Position numbers and translations under genes: made by a program. Below are positions 1 through 12,604 of a stretch of DNA of 64,000 bases, piece after piece. A model generated the notes under the pieces. That model made no database searches, was not told the DNA's origin, and saw nothing but the letters and a program-made list of their open reading frames with translations. How positions within the stretch are numbered: the stretch's first letter is position 1; every line of letters begins with the position of its first letter. The DNA is taken from positions 96,348,001-96,412,000 of the forward strand of contig OZ024742.1 of the NCBI GenBank assembly GCA_964016885.1. Direction: 5' to 3'. The DNA comes from Eledone cirrhosa (lineage: Eukaryota).

Positions 1-325
1 TTTTATCGACCCCGTAAGGATGAAAGGCAAAGTGAACCTCGGCGGGATTTGAACTCAGATCGTAAAGGGACGTAACTATGCTGGAAAGCATGGCGTCCGA
101 CCCTCTACCGATACTGCCAATCTACGACCATTATAATAATTGTTTCTACTTTTGGCACAAGGCCAGCAATTACCCAGTGCATTACTGGTACTTTATTTCA
201 TCGACCCCATGAGGATGAAAGGCAAAGTTAACCTTGGCGGGCTTTTGAACTCAGAATGGCAAGGGACGTAACTCTATGCGTCAAAGCATGGCGTCCGACC
301 CTCTACCGATACTGCCAATCCACCA
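1..325 (-). mobile_element. Two tandem copies of tRNA-derived SINE family 1 (ATT-tailed)
   Basis: The reverse complement shows A-box TGGCAGTATCGG, B-box GAGTTCAAA(T)CC, central GCCTTTCATCC..GGGGTCGATAAAA..AGTACCAG and tail GGCCTTGTGCCAAAAGTAGAAACAATTATT. The same unit recurs about 20 times in the window. Confidence 0.85.
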
Positions 326-417
326 ATACTGGACTGTAGTACGATCGGCTTCAACTATACAAACTCTTGAAAGTCAACAGTTGACATAATGTTGTATTCT
401 TGTATCAGTAATGACGG

Positions 418-419
<2 letters not shown>

Positions 420-499
<80 letters not shown>

Positions 500-580
500 A
501 AGTGAGTAGAGTAGCGTGTGTGTGTTTGTTTGTATGTATGAGTGTTGCTGTGTGCGCGCATATGTATGCGCGTGTGTGTA
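420..580. repeat. (TA)n/(TG)n microsatellite
   Basis: Seen directly. Many similar tracts occur, e.g. 6553-6632, 7122-7220, 16905-17080, 19720-20040, 37010-37110, 48110-48390 and 61785-62300. Confidence 0.95.
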
Positions 581-630
581 TGTCGTACGTATAAGTGTCA
601 TTAAGTAAATTTTTTTTTTTTTTTTTGCGC

Positions 631-960
631 GGGGACATAGAAATAATCGGGCTGGATGCCCGATCGCGCAGTTAAACCACTGGGAGTGAAGAACCCCTAG
701 CCCATGTCAGGGCATTCTTCTAGGAGAAGGCATCTCAGGAAACTTGGTTAACTCCGACATAAAACCTGCGGCTCAGTAGTTACCGATGATGTTGATTTTT
801 TCTTCTTTTCGGGTTATAGCTACTGTCGCTCAGAGAGTGGGATTGGCTCAGTGTACAGTCTTTCCTCACTTTAAAAATATTCGTCACGCACAGGCATTGC
901 ACGAGTGCATTAATAATTATTAATAGTGTACTATTATTATTATTATTATTATTACTATTA

Positions 961-992
<32 letters not shown>

Positions 993-3900
993 CCAAATTC
1001 AATGATAAGAGATAATTGGCAATTTAGGTTCTGGAACAAAAAAGATCATTGGCAATAAGGGCAGGAGCCCCAGGTCATCACAGCCTGGGCCCGCTCGTCA
1101 TCGTGCCATTGTAATAGAGCCAAACAAGGCATTTAGTCTTGGCTGCTGGAACGTACGGACGCTGCTTGACAAGGATTCCTTGGGGCGTCCTGAACGAAGG
1201 ACCGCTCTTGTTGCAAAGGAGCTTCGACGTTACGATCTTGACATCGTGGCTTTATCTGAGACGAGGCTAGCTGGAGATGGTCATCTTACGGAATTTTGTG
1301 GAGAATATACATTCTACTGGAAAGGAAGAGATGAAGGAACCAGAAGAGAGGCGGGGGTAGGATTTGCTGTTAAGACTGTGCTTGTGAACAAATTAGAGGA
1401 ATTCCCAGTAGGGATTAGTGAGCGTCTTATGTCCATGAGAGTTCCGCTGGACAAGGGAAGATATGATACCCTGGTGAGTGTGTATGCTCCAACTATGAGT
1501 TCTGTCGATGAGGAAAAGGTGTCCTTTTACCATGCCTTGAAAGGTGTTTTAAGAAATATCCCTCAGGCAGACAAAGTCATCGTGCTTGGTGACTTTAATG
1601 CTAGAGTGGGTAGGGATTTTAACACATGGAATGTAATCGGAAGGCATAGGGTGGGAAAGTGTAACAGCAATCGTATGCTCCTGCTGCAGATGTGTGAGGA
1701 GCTGGATCTGTGTGTTACCAACTCCATGTTCCAACAAAAGAACAAATTCAAGACCACATGGATGCATCCTGCATCTAAGGAATTGCATCTTTTGGACTAC
1801 GTCCTAGTCAGGATGCGTGACAGACAGGATGTGCAGTATGTTCGTGTTCTTCGTGGAGCTGAGTGCTGGACGGACCACCGCCTGGTACGCGCAAAAGTGA
1901 AACTAATCACTAAACGTAAAATCCGGGCTCCTGGTGTTGTCCTGCCCAAAAGATTGAATGCTGCTCGTCTTAAGTATAAAAATGTGAAGAGGACATTGGA
2001 AGAAGAGATGCAGGCTGCAGATCTTGGTGAGGATTGGCCGACCCTTAAAAAGTCGGTTTATGATGTAGGCAGGCGTGTTCTGGGATTGGCGCAGAGGAAA
2101 CATCAGGACTGGTTTGATGAGAATGATGTACATATCGAAGACTTGTTGGCTGATAAGCGGCGTGCTCTGTCACGCTACTTGACGGCAAAAACCACAGGAG
2201 AGGAATACGTTGCATGAGGAGCTCAGGGATGTAAAATCACGTGTTAGGCGAAGTCTTTCTCAGATGAAGGATCAGTGGTGGAGTGAGAAGGCTGGTGAGA
2301 TACAAACTGCGTCTGATTCCAATAACACAAAGCTGTTGTACAGTTTCTTGCGTGAGGTTTATGGACCGTCTTCTTCTCTGGTGACACCGCTTCGCAGCAG
2401 AGATGGCAAAGAACTTCTTCGTGACTCACAAGGAATTCTACGAAGGTGGCGAGAGCACTTTGATGATCTTTTGAATCAGCCGTCTGTCGTCAGTGAAGAT
2501 TTCCTCAATCTCATTCCAGAAAGTCCTGTGAAAGTAGCTCTCGCAGAACCTCCGACGCTTGTGGAGGTTGCAGTGGCTATTTCGAAGCTGAACAGTGGAA
2601 GATCTCCAGGTATGGATGGCATTCATGCTGAGCTCCTACAATATGGTGGTGAGAGACTCCTGCAGCATCTTCACTCTTTGTTTGGCAGGATATGGGCTAA
2701 TGAATCCGTACCTGAGGACTGGAGAGATGCAGTAATGGTGGTCTTGTACAAGGGAAAGGGTAACAGGAACGATTGTGGGAACTACAGAGGTATATCATTG
2801 CTTTCTGTCGTAGGGAATGTTTTATGTAGGGTGCTTCTGGACCGTCTGCTGACACACATTTCAGATTGTGTTCTTCCTGAAAGTCAATCTGGTTTTCGTG
2901 CTGGACGCGGCACTACTGATATGATCTTCTCAGCTAGACAGCTCCAGGAGAAGTGCATGGAACAAGGCTTGGATCTGTATCAGGTTTTTGTCGATCTGAC
3001 AAAAGCTTTCGATACTGTTAACAGAGATGCATTATGGAAGGTTCTCCAGAAACTTGGTTGCCCTGATAAGTTCGTTGCTTTAGTTAGGTCTTTCCATGAC
3101 GACATGAAAGCTTCTGTTAATGTCGGGGTAACATGTCGGAGCCTATCTCAGTAAAAAATGGAGTGAAACAGGGGGATATTCCAGCACCGACCCTGTTTGC
3201 CATATACTTTGCAATGGTTTTCTGTATTGCATTCAGGAATTGCGAGCATGGTGTTTACATCCGATATCGAACCTCAGGCAGCATATTTAACATCAGGCGC
3301 TTTGCTGCGAAGACAAAAGTATTTACATCAATCATAAGAGACCTCTTGTATGCAGATGATTGCGATCTTGTAGCGCACACAGAGAGTGATATGCAGCACA
3401 TTTTGAATGCATTTTCTGACGCTTGCACTGCCCTAGGTCTGACTGTCAGTCTCAAGAAAACCGTCGTCATGTACGAACCTGCCCCTGGTAAGCAGTACAC
3501 TGAACAAAACATCTATGTGTGTGGCAAACGACTTGGAGTGGTTGATCAGTTTATCTACCTGGGAAGCACTGTCAATCGATACAGCAACCTTGACAGTGAA
3601 ATCTCACTTAGGATTAGGAAAGCAAGTGATGCTTTCGGAAAGCTAGAAAGGCGACTCTGGGGTCGGCGAGACATATGCAGGAGGACAAAGGTAAAGGTGT
3701 ACAGGGCATGTGTGCTCTCTTGTCTTCTTTATGCCTGCGAGACCTGGGTCACATATCGACACCACCTTAAGCAATTGGAGCGTTTCCATCAGATGTGTCT
3801 CAGACGGATCCATGGCGTTCACTGGAGGGACCACATCAGTGATGTCGAGATTTTGGAAAGCTCTATGTGTGACAGTATAGAAGCTCTTGTGCTTAAGCAA

Positions 3901-4718
3901 CGACTCCGTTGGAGTGGTCACCTTGCCAGGATGAAGGATTCTAGAATACCAAAACAACTCTTTTATGGAGAGTTAGTTAAAGGAAAACGACCGCCACATA
4001 AACTAAAAAAGAGGTATAAGGATTCCTTGAAAGCCTCTCTGAAAGACGCTAACATCTCTGCTGATACATGGGAGAATATTGCTGCTGATCGTAATAAATG
4101 GAGAAAGACTGTATATGAGGGAAAAGTTGCCTTTGAGGCATCTCGAATCGCATACGAGAAAGTAAAGCGAGATGTGAGGAAGGGCATTGCTGTTGCGCTT
4201 CCGGACGGCGAGGGTCCTCCTATGGTGCTGACATGCAGCGTATGTGCGAGACTCTGCCTAAGCAAAGCTGGACTCGAAAGTCATCTTCGCAGTCATAAAG
4301 TAAGACCAGTGGTTGACTACCAGGCTGCTGTTGGAGATGCTACTCATCATGCTTGCCAAACATGTGGTAGAGAATGTAAATCAGCAGGAGGGCTCAAGCG
4401 ACATGCAAAAGTACACGAACTCCAACCACAGCCGACTATTCCCAGTGAATGTTTTGGTTGCCGACTCTGTGCAAGACATTTTAGATCATTGGCTGGGCTA
4501 AAAAGCCACATTCGATCGCAGCGCTGTTAGTTGCTATCGTGTGTGTGTGTGTGTGTAGATATGCTTATGTGTGTGCGTGTGTGTGTATATATATATGTAT
4601 ATGTATATTATTATTGTTGTTTTCGTTGTTGTTATTGTTGTTATTGTTATTATTGTTATTAATGTATGTGTGTGTGTATATGTGTGTGTGAGTGTGTGTG
4701 TGTGTGTGTGTATGTGTG

Positions 4719-4751
<33 letters not shown>

Positions 4752-4778
4752 TTTTTTTATTTTTTTACTTTTATTTTA

Positions 4779-4809
<31 letters not shown>

Positions 4810-4885
4810 TTTCTTTCTCCTCGTGCCATGGCCATACTCGATAACGAGGGGGCAGCCATCATGTATGTATGTATGTATGTATGTA
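631..4885 (+). mobile_element. Near full-length RTE-clade LINE
   Basis: 5' UTR with GGGCA..TCTAGGAGAAGG motif, APE-RT ORF, 3' hairpin CTCCTCGT...ACGAGGGG near 4817-4851 and an (ATGT)n tail. Boundaries are approximate. Confidence 0.88.
1021..4530 (+). pseudogene. RTE ORF: APE endonuclease + reverse transcriptase + three C2H2 zinc fingers, split by two frameshifts
   Basis: EN motifs WNVRTL, ALSETR, LGDFNA, LDY, TDH. RT motifs NYRGISLL, QSGFR, FVDLTKAFD, GVKQG, YADD, YLG. Three CxxC-x12-H motifs at the C-terminus. ORF pieces 1180-2217, 2210-3154 and 3133-4530. Confidence 0.93.
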
Positions 4886-5371
4886 TGTGTGTCTGTGTAA
4901 AGTGAGAGAGAGCTAAGAAGAAATGCCTTTAGAAAAATTATTATTTATCATCAGATTATAAATTAGTAAAACATTCCATTTTCAATTATTTGTCAATTTT
5001 ATTCTGTTTATTTTGTTGTGTTGTGTTTATGAAATTAAGTACAGCATATATTATTTTTGGATATATGTATATATGTACAACTAATAAATAAGACATTTAA
5101 TATGCCATATTATTCCTTAATACTTGGTCGTTGTTTATAATTAGATTGTCGAATTTCCAAGGAAACTGCTGATATATATATTATTTACATTGTGGACAAG
5201 AAAAGGATACTTTTGTTGTACTTTTGGCCTAATCATTTCTTTAATATATGGCAAAAAGAGTGGTTTTATTTTGGGGTGTTTGTACTCTCCAGTGCTGCCA
5301 AAATTAATGGCAATAACATTGAGTGCATCTAATATTTGGAGCCCCGGGTTGGTATATTGATTATATCAGTA

Positions 5372-6552
5372 TTACTAGCGTAGATTTCTTAGACATTAAT
5401 TTAGACCTTCGCACACACACCCACAGACCCTTCCATAAGCTAAACGAGAAACTTAATTACATTCTGAAGGACTCATTCCACCCTCCCACAGTTTTTAGAA
5501 ACTTCGTTAAGAATATCAGTGCTAGAATCTCAAACCTCTCCTCTAATAAGGCTATCTTTCACATGGCGGCACCCTACCGGCGTTGGCTAACAGCGGCTTC
5601 TCACAACCTATCACTTACTCTCCCACTAGCAACAACACCATTAAGAAAAGTAAGCGCAACAATAGACAAACTATCTGGTTCTCTCCTCCCTTCTCACTCA
5701 ACGTTAAAACCAATGTAGGAAAAAAATGTCTAGCCCTCTTAGATAGACACTTCCCCATAGGTCATAAATACCGCTCCATCTTTAACCGACACAAAGTTAA
5801 ACTAGAATACTCCTGCGCTAAGTATATGAAGGCCCACATCACCAGTAGCCATAAGAGCAACACCCCACCAGGGTGCTCTTGCCGTAAGCCTGAAGCTTGC
5901 CCCCTTCAACAGCAATGCAACACACCAGCTGTAATCTATGAAGCTGTGGTCACTTCCAACCGACCAAACGAACCACAGTAGGTCAAATCCTATGTGGGCA
6001 TGGCGGAGGGCCGATTCAAGGAACGTTTCCTGAACCACCAGTCTACCTTCAGGTACCCGGACAGACGTTCATCCACGAAACTCGCGAGCCACGTATGGTC
6101 CCTCAAGGACTTAAGTATAGACTACTCCATTCAATGGAAAGCCATCACTAAGTCCAAGCCATACGCAAGGGGAAATCTGACGTGTGGCTTATGTATTGAC
6201 GAACGAATAACTATCCTAAAGAGATTACGCAATAGTGATTGCCTAAACATGAGAAGTGAATTTTTTACACGTTGTCCACACGTCGCCAAGCACCTATTGC
6301 ATAACTACAAGGCTCCGGACTGATTTTTTGTAATTTTATTTTCAACCTAAAAACTTTTCGGACTTTCGCAGTTATCTCCCTTACACCTTTTCGCACGCAG
6401 TCTAGTATTGCCTGTGTGAAGTGACCGGGTTTCTGCGCATGCTCGGTTGTCCTTCCTGTTCCTATAACCATGTCCATTCCGAGCTGAGGATCCGCTAAGG
6501 TGAAACAATTGTTCTCGGTATGGTGAACTAACTGTTATGTAACCACTTCTAA
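5372..6552 (+). mobile_element. 5'-truncated Penelope-like element (Naiad-type: RT thumb, Cys linker, GIY-YIG endonuclease, pLTR)
   Basis: Motifs VDFLDINL, WFSPPFS, CSCRKPEACPLQQQC, VIYEA..SYVGMA..FKERF..H, CGLC and LNMRSE..CPH. Frameshifted with a stop; ends at (TA)n. Confidence 0.88.
6474..6523 (+). ncRNA. Minimal type I hammerhead ribozyme in the PLE pLTR
   Basis: ccat-t-ccgag CTGAGGA tccgctaaggt GAAA C aatt GT T ctcgg-t-atgg. Stem I pairs 9/10 bp; stem III is the palindrome ACAATTGT. Confidence 0.8.
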
Positions 6553-6574
6553 ATATATATATGCATATATATAC

Positions 6575-6639
<65 letters not shown>

Positions 6640-7121
6640 GAGAAGAAATAAGAATACTGCGTGGTTGCACATGGGTTACATATGATAAAATTAGTCCTTC
6701 GTCAGTGATTTGCCAACCATCATTGATATTTCATCGCATTAAAAATCATATACCTCAGGTTGGTGCGAGCAATAACTAAAAAAAGTTATTGGGACCAGTA
6801 AATCGCGTAAAGCGAGGGGGACAAGTAAACAACATAGAAGGATAAAAGCAAACCAAAGATAGGAAAATAAACAAGCAACATGGTTGTCCGGTCAGCATAT
6901 TCTGGGTGGATTTCATGAGCGATCGGGATACAGACCGTCCGACCTCAGTGAGATGTGAGCAAGAAGAGAACCCACTACTAGCCAAACGGGAGGAAGTGAG
7001 AAGGGGAGAAACAGAGAGTGAGTGAGTGGATGTGCGAGGAAGAGGTCAGTCGAGAGAAAGTGTAACTGACAGAGGGGGCGAAAGAAGGTGAGAGCAACAG
7101 AGAGAACGGGGAAGCAGTAAG

Positions 7122-7223
<102 letters not shown>

Positions 7224-7384
7224 GTGTATATATATATATGAATATATATGTATATAGCTTCTCTCCCTTCTTTCGCCGAAAAGAAGTAAGTGACATAGTC
7301 ACTACTTTAAAACCGATAGCGTATGGTCTTCAAAATGTTTTTAATTAAACATACGGTATATATATATATGTGTGTGTGTATATG

Positions 7385-7450
<66 letters not shown>

Positions 7451-7734
7451 AGCATACATCATCATCACCATCATCTCCTTTTAACATATAATTTCTCTGC
7501 TTACTTGGGTTTAACAAGTTGCTAGGTATCGTTGATTTTTATCATGCCCCCAGCATTACAAGTGACATATTATGATGATTGATTGTTTCTATTGTTTTTG
7601 CTACTAGAACATTGTAAAGAAATTTTCTTTGTCTAGGGTAGAGACTCACTTATTCAACTGGATTCTTCTAAGACCACTTTCAATTATTTGAATGACCATA
7701 CAATGTACTTATCCTGTGTGTATTGTTTGATAGT

Positions 7735-8030
7735 GAAGGTGTGTGGTTTAGTGTTTAGGGTGCTCAGTTTAGGATGTTAAAATCTGAAGTTCAATTCCAG
7801 ATGGGCTGTTGCTAGACATTTTAATTTCCTCCAGTCCTTTCAGCAAGAAGAACTGAGTTGTACCTATAGTATAAAATGCTAGCCTCACCATACTGTATCT
7901 CTCTGAGAATTATGTTAAGGGTATACATGTATGTGGAATGCTCAGTCATTTACATGTTTATTTCATGAATAGACTGTTCCATTGATCAGATAACTGTAAC
8001 ACTAATTGTTGGAACCAATGGAAGACCAAG
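7735..8030 (+). mobile_element. Degenerate tRNA-derived SINE
   Basis: TGGTTTAGTGTTTAGG A-box-like and AGTTCAATTCC B-box-like head resembling 11787-11860. Confidence 0.45.
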
Positions 8031-8254
8031 AAGAACATTGTTTACTAAATATCTAATTCTTTACTGACATGATCAAAATATTTTCAAAACTAAAAAAAAA
8101 ACCTTGAAATTAAACCATTTTAGTAAGATATTGAAAAGACATTATAAACATATCTGGTAGACATCAATACTTACTCCAAGATGATCATTGTCATTCTCAT
8201 TATTATCATCTTTTAATGTACATTTTCCCTACTAACAGGAAGGGAAATGTAATA

Positions 8255-8480
8255 AAAATAGACACCCATACAACAAATACTTGCCTAGAAACTTCAACAA
8301 GATATGCATGATATAATTAATAATGACATCAAAATAAGAGTGACAAAAGTAATATATTTGTGATCATGGATAAAGCCGAATGTAATTGCAAAAATTAGTA
8401 ATTCGCTTAACAACAAAAACAATTTAATAAGAATTTAAAATGATAATTGCACCCAATTAAAAATTATACTGAACGATTTT
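8255..8480 (+). pseudogene. Penelope-like RT N-terminal fragment
   Basis: Translates KSDKSNIFVIMDKAECNCK, matching the PLE (A/S)DKxN..VxMDK motif. Confidence 0.5.
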
Positions 8481-8689
8481 ATTTAATTACATCGATAAAA
8501 GAATAAATAGGATTTCCTTAGTTACCTCATAAAGAAATTAACACAGGAAGAAGCTGAAAATATTGAAAATACTTTTGCAATTTATTGGCTTCTACAATAA
8601 AATAATCTTTACATAGAAAAAGATCACTAATAACCAAAGTTGTCAATTAAAAAATTAAATCAATTTACAGAAATGAGCATATTAATAAT

Positions 8690-8885
8690 AATGATTTCTA
8701 ATTTAAACATAAGGCCAGCAATTTGTGACCGGAGAAAAGTTGATTATATTGTCCCAGTACATGATTAGTACTTAATTTTATCAACCCTAGAAGGATGAAA
8801 GGCAAAGTTGACCTTGGCGGGATTTGAAACTAGAATGTACAAGGATGTAATGAAATATTTCAATTCTTATCTACCACACAATAAT
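8690..8885 (-). mobile_element. SINE family 1, degenerate
   Basis: GGATGAAAGGCAAAGTTGACCTTGGCGGGATTTGAA core. Confidence 0.75.
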
Positions 8886-8925
8886 GATTTCTAATTTATG
8901 CACAATTCAAGCAATTCATTTAATA

Positions 8926-11192
8926 CTAGCTGAAGTATGTGGCTTCGCCCAGGAGAACAGTTAAGAGAAGACGGATAAAAGAGAAAACAACTGTATTGGA
9001 TGTGTTATTTGGTTTACAGTATGAGGTGAGACCGTAATGTGTGTGAGAGAGAGAGATATAAAAAAAAGTCCTAAAACTTCCTTATTAGTCTGGAGGAGTA
9101 AACTGCTGATTAAATGGTAGCATTGGCCTTGGATTTTTAAATGTTGTGAAATAACCAGAGTCATTATGATCCTTTTCAGCCCTAAAGGATGTCATCTGAA
9201 ACGCAGCAATATACCACATGACATTGCTTCTGAAGGGTTTAGCTTTGTTAGTATGGTCTATAAGTAGTATATGGATAAAAGCTTGAGGGTTCTCTATCAG
9301 TGGAAGTCTGATCTTTCCTCCTAAGCAATACATGCCAAATGTAATATCCATGCTACCAATTACGACTTTAGGATCATTTCTATAATTCTTTGATGAATCA
9401 TATGAAAACGCAGCTCTTAGCCAGTTTATTTTGCCTTGAAGAGACGTTTGTGCTCGTCAAGTTTGCATCGCAACTGTCTTTCCCTCTTGGTGATTTTCAT
9501 ATTGAACCTCTTGTGATAGTCCTTCTTCTTGCCTTAATCTTTCTGTTTCCTGTCTCAGGTTTTGTACACTTTCAGAAAGTTGAGATCGTCATTCTTGCTG
9601 TCTTAACCTTTTTGTTTCCCGTCTCATATTCTGAATTAGGTCAATAATAACATGACACTATCGTCAAAAAACATTAATTTCAAATATTATCAATTTTTTC
9701 TGTGTTCTGTAAAATCAAAGACTGGTGTAAAACGACTTTATAAAAAAAATAAAAGTAGTATTTTATTTATCACACTAGCACAGCTGATACATAAATGTAA
9801 GTATGCACACATATACACGCATATATATATATATATATATCCGGAGAAAATGTAGAAAAGATGAATATAAAATGAAAGTGCTTTTATAAAGGAATTTATT
9901 AGGTATTGACATATTTTTCTGTAACAGACGGAATACCTATGTATCGCTGCTTGCGTAATCATATAATGTTAGCAAGTATTCAATAGAAAATGTATAATCA
10001 GTTGTGACAACTGATTATACATTTTCTATCGAATACTTGCTAACATTATATGATTACGCAAGCAGCGATACATAGGTATTCCGTCTGTTACAGAAAAATA
10101 TGTCAATACCTAATAAATTCCTTTATAAAAGCACTTTCATTTTATATTCATCTTTTTATATATATATATATATATATACACATATATATATATACATATA
10201 CATAGGTAGGTATGGGTCATATCAAACTTTAATAATACTGTTCGCTTCGTTTGTAAATAAACGGCCCGATTTGAAGCTGTGACATGCTGGTGACCAATCG
10301 TTATCTGTTTGTTCAACACTTGCTTTGAGGACAATCAACATGTTTCTGGGTCATTACCTTTCATCAGGAATGTATACCACTGCCAGTATGTTGAATGGTT
10401 GAAAATATATAGTATTTTTTTAAGTACACATCAGCTGAGTAGACTCAATTGCATACCGAGCGAGTTACGGCTGGCCTTGCCGAGTATTAAAAATGAAATT
10501 AGAATTCTTTTTCTTGCCCTAGCACAGCTGATACATAAATGTAAGTATGCACATCTACCCACACACACATATATATATACATACACATATATATGTATAC
10601 TTATGTATGCTTTATAAAAGCTAACGCAATGTTTTTAAACGTTCAACTGATACTTTGATTTTAGTTTAAGCTGATTTTAGACTTTTGTGGGGTGTCACTC
10701 ACTCTCTCTCTCTCTCTCTCTAAATATCTATCACCTTAATTGTATCTCTCTCTGTATAACGGTCTAGCTCTCTCTTTGCGTCTCTCTTTAGATGTGTGTG
10801 TGTTCGTTATGTCGGTCGTCACAGAAATGTATGTATACTCACACACACATACACTCTCGGACATGTGTGGAGATGTGTGTGTGTGTGTGTGTGTGTTTAA
10901 TTATGTGTGCAACTTACTAAGGCCTAACGTACTAATGATCGTGCAAACACACACACACTCACAGACACATACACACTCATATACGAAATGTGCCATTGTT
11001 GTTGTGGTGTTATAAAATGTAATTTACTATAATTGACTATAGAAAGATTATTTTTGATAAAATGTTATATTGTTTTAATCCAAATGAAAATAAAAATTAC
11101 ATGTTGTTAATCCCGAGGTTTAATACCGTTTGAGAATGCATAATGAAACACACAGACAGAGAGGCATATAATTTTACATATATATAGATAGA
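8926..11192 (-). mobile_element. Non-autonomous Helitron with RepHel fragment
   Basis: On the minus strand it starts A|TCTATCTATATATATGTAAAA at 11192 and ends GGGCGAAGCC..CAGCTAG|T at 8926. Internal translation AAFQMTSF...YFTTFK/IQGQCYHLISSLL matches the Helitron RepHel N-terminal region. Confidence 0.72.
9841..10156. repeat. 150-bp-arm near-perfect palindrome (fold-back element) in (TA)n with decayed hammerhead
   Basis: Arms 9856-10005 and 10007-10156 around centre 10006; one mismatch seen. Confidence 0.92.
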
Positions 11193-11371
11193 TGGAAATC
11201 CAATTATATCATTCCCAGTTCTTTAGGGAAAGATAAAAGACTAACTTGCCTACAATCGAATTTGAACTCAGATTGTAAAAAGCCAGAATGAAATATATGA
11301 CTGACCCTCTTATGATTCTGATAATCCCTTACCCAAGCATGTTAGTGGTAATAACAATAAATATAACACTT

Positions 11372-11770
11372 TATAATAATTGTTTCTACTTTTGGCACAA
11401 GGCCAGCAATCATCCCAGTGTATTACTGGTACTTTATTTTATCGACCCCATAAGGATGAAAGGCAAAGTTAACCTTGGCGGGATTTGAACTCTTACCTTA
11501 AAGAGCCGTAACTGTTTGCTGCAAAGCATGGTGTCCGACCCTCTACCGATACTGCCAATGCACTAATGGTTTCTAATTTAACGCACAAGGCCAACAATTT
11601 TGGGGGAAAGGGAAAGTCAATTAAATCGACTCCAGTACTTTATTTTATCGACCCTGTAAGGATGAAAGGCAAAGTTTACCTCGGCCCGATTTGAACTTAG
11701 AACGTAAAGGGCCATAACTCTAAGTCACTAAGCATGTTGTCCGACTCTCTACAGATTTTGCTATGGCTAC
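11372..11770 (-). mobile_element. Two tandem SINE family 1 copies
   Basis: Full motif set present twice; a degenerate third copy lies at about 11200-11330. Confidence 0.85.
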
Positions 11771-11786
11771 TAATTTAAGCAGAAAG

Positions 11787-12231
11787 AAGGCGCATGGCTT
11801 AGTGGTTAGAGCATTGGGCTTGCAATCGAAAGGTTGTGAGTTCAATTCTCAGACCGGGTGATGTGTTGTTTCCTTGAGCAAGACACTTTATTTCTCATTG
11901 CTCCAGTTTACTCAGCTGTAGAAATGAGATGATAGGACAGGGGTCCCTATCATTCCACTGCAATGTGGTCATGGAGGTGCCACGGCAAAAAAGCACCCAG
12001 CCCACACTGTAAAGTGGACGTGTAAGCGCCATGGAAAAAAAACACCCAGCACTCACTGTAAATGAGATTGGTGTTAGGAAGGGCATCCAGCTGTAGAAAT
12101 CAAGCCAGAATCAGTTCCCATATGAGCAAGACAAGGTCAGCCGACTGGACACTGCCTACAACAGGACAACCTGTCTAACCCATGCTAGCGTGGAAGAAAG
12201 GACATAAAACGGTGATGATGATGATGATGAT
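11787..12231 (+). mobile_element. tRNA-derived SINE family 2 with RTE-type (GAT)n tail
   Basis: A-box TGGCTTAGTGG, B-box GAGTTCAATTC, CORE/V-like TCCTTGAGCAAGACACTT, internal GGTGTTAGGAAGGGCATCCAGCTGTAGAAA and tail GGACATAAAACGGTGATGATG. Confidence 0.85.
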
Positions 12232-12604
12232 AGTAACAATAGAAATAAATATTTTGCTAATAAAATAAAAATTCTTCTTAGCAAAGAACCGATGAGCAAA
12301 ATAATAGTATTTTTAATTTCATTATATTATTGCTATAGATATGAAGTAATTTCAAGTTTATCGAGTTGTTTGCTAAGAGGCATCATCCTGATATTTGTAA
12401 AATATTTAAAGATCATGTTAGTCTTGTGGTACGTTCAATCTTGGTTAGTACCTAACTTGGCTATGTGTATCTAGTTCAGAATAGGTACACAGTTTCCTAG
12501 CATTTTGGAAAAAGTGACTTTGGGGGTTAGTCATAGGAAGAGAATCAAGCTGTAAAACATTTCCCCAAAAGGTCCATGTCAACATGATAAAGTTCACATA
12601 GATA

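Noticed and set aside
355-638. Many short ORFs with YIYI, HTHT or CVCV repeats (also at 16.9, 37, 48 and 62 kb)
   Set aside because: They are translations of dinucleotide microsatellites.
631-900. HDV-like ribozyme in the RTE 5' UTR
   Set aside because: A hairpin ATCGGGC/GCCCGAT is present, but the nested double pseudoknot could not be assembled by eye.
5583-6323. Selenocysteine-coding Naiad (UGA/SECIS)
   Set aside because: The conserved Cys codons visible in both PLE remnants are TGY and the internal stop is TAG; no SECIS could be identified by eye.
6685-6765. Minus-strand hammerhead-like motif (ccaac CTGAGGT..GAAA..TG gttgg)
   Set aside because: Core A9 is altered, position 17 is G and stems II/III are poor; at best a relic.
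11787-11860. tRNA-like sequence
   Set aside because: It is a SINE head that continues into the SINE body; no proper acceptor stem.
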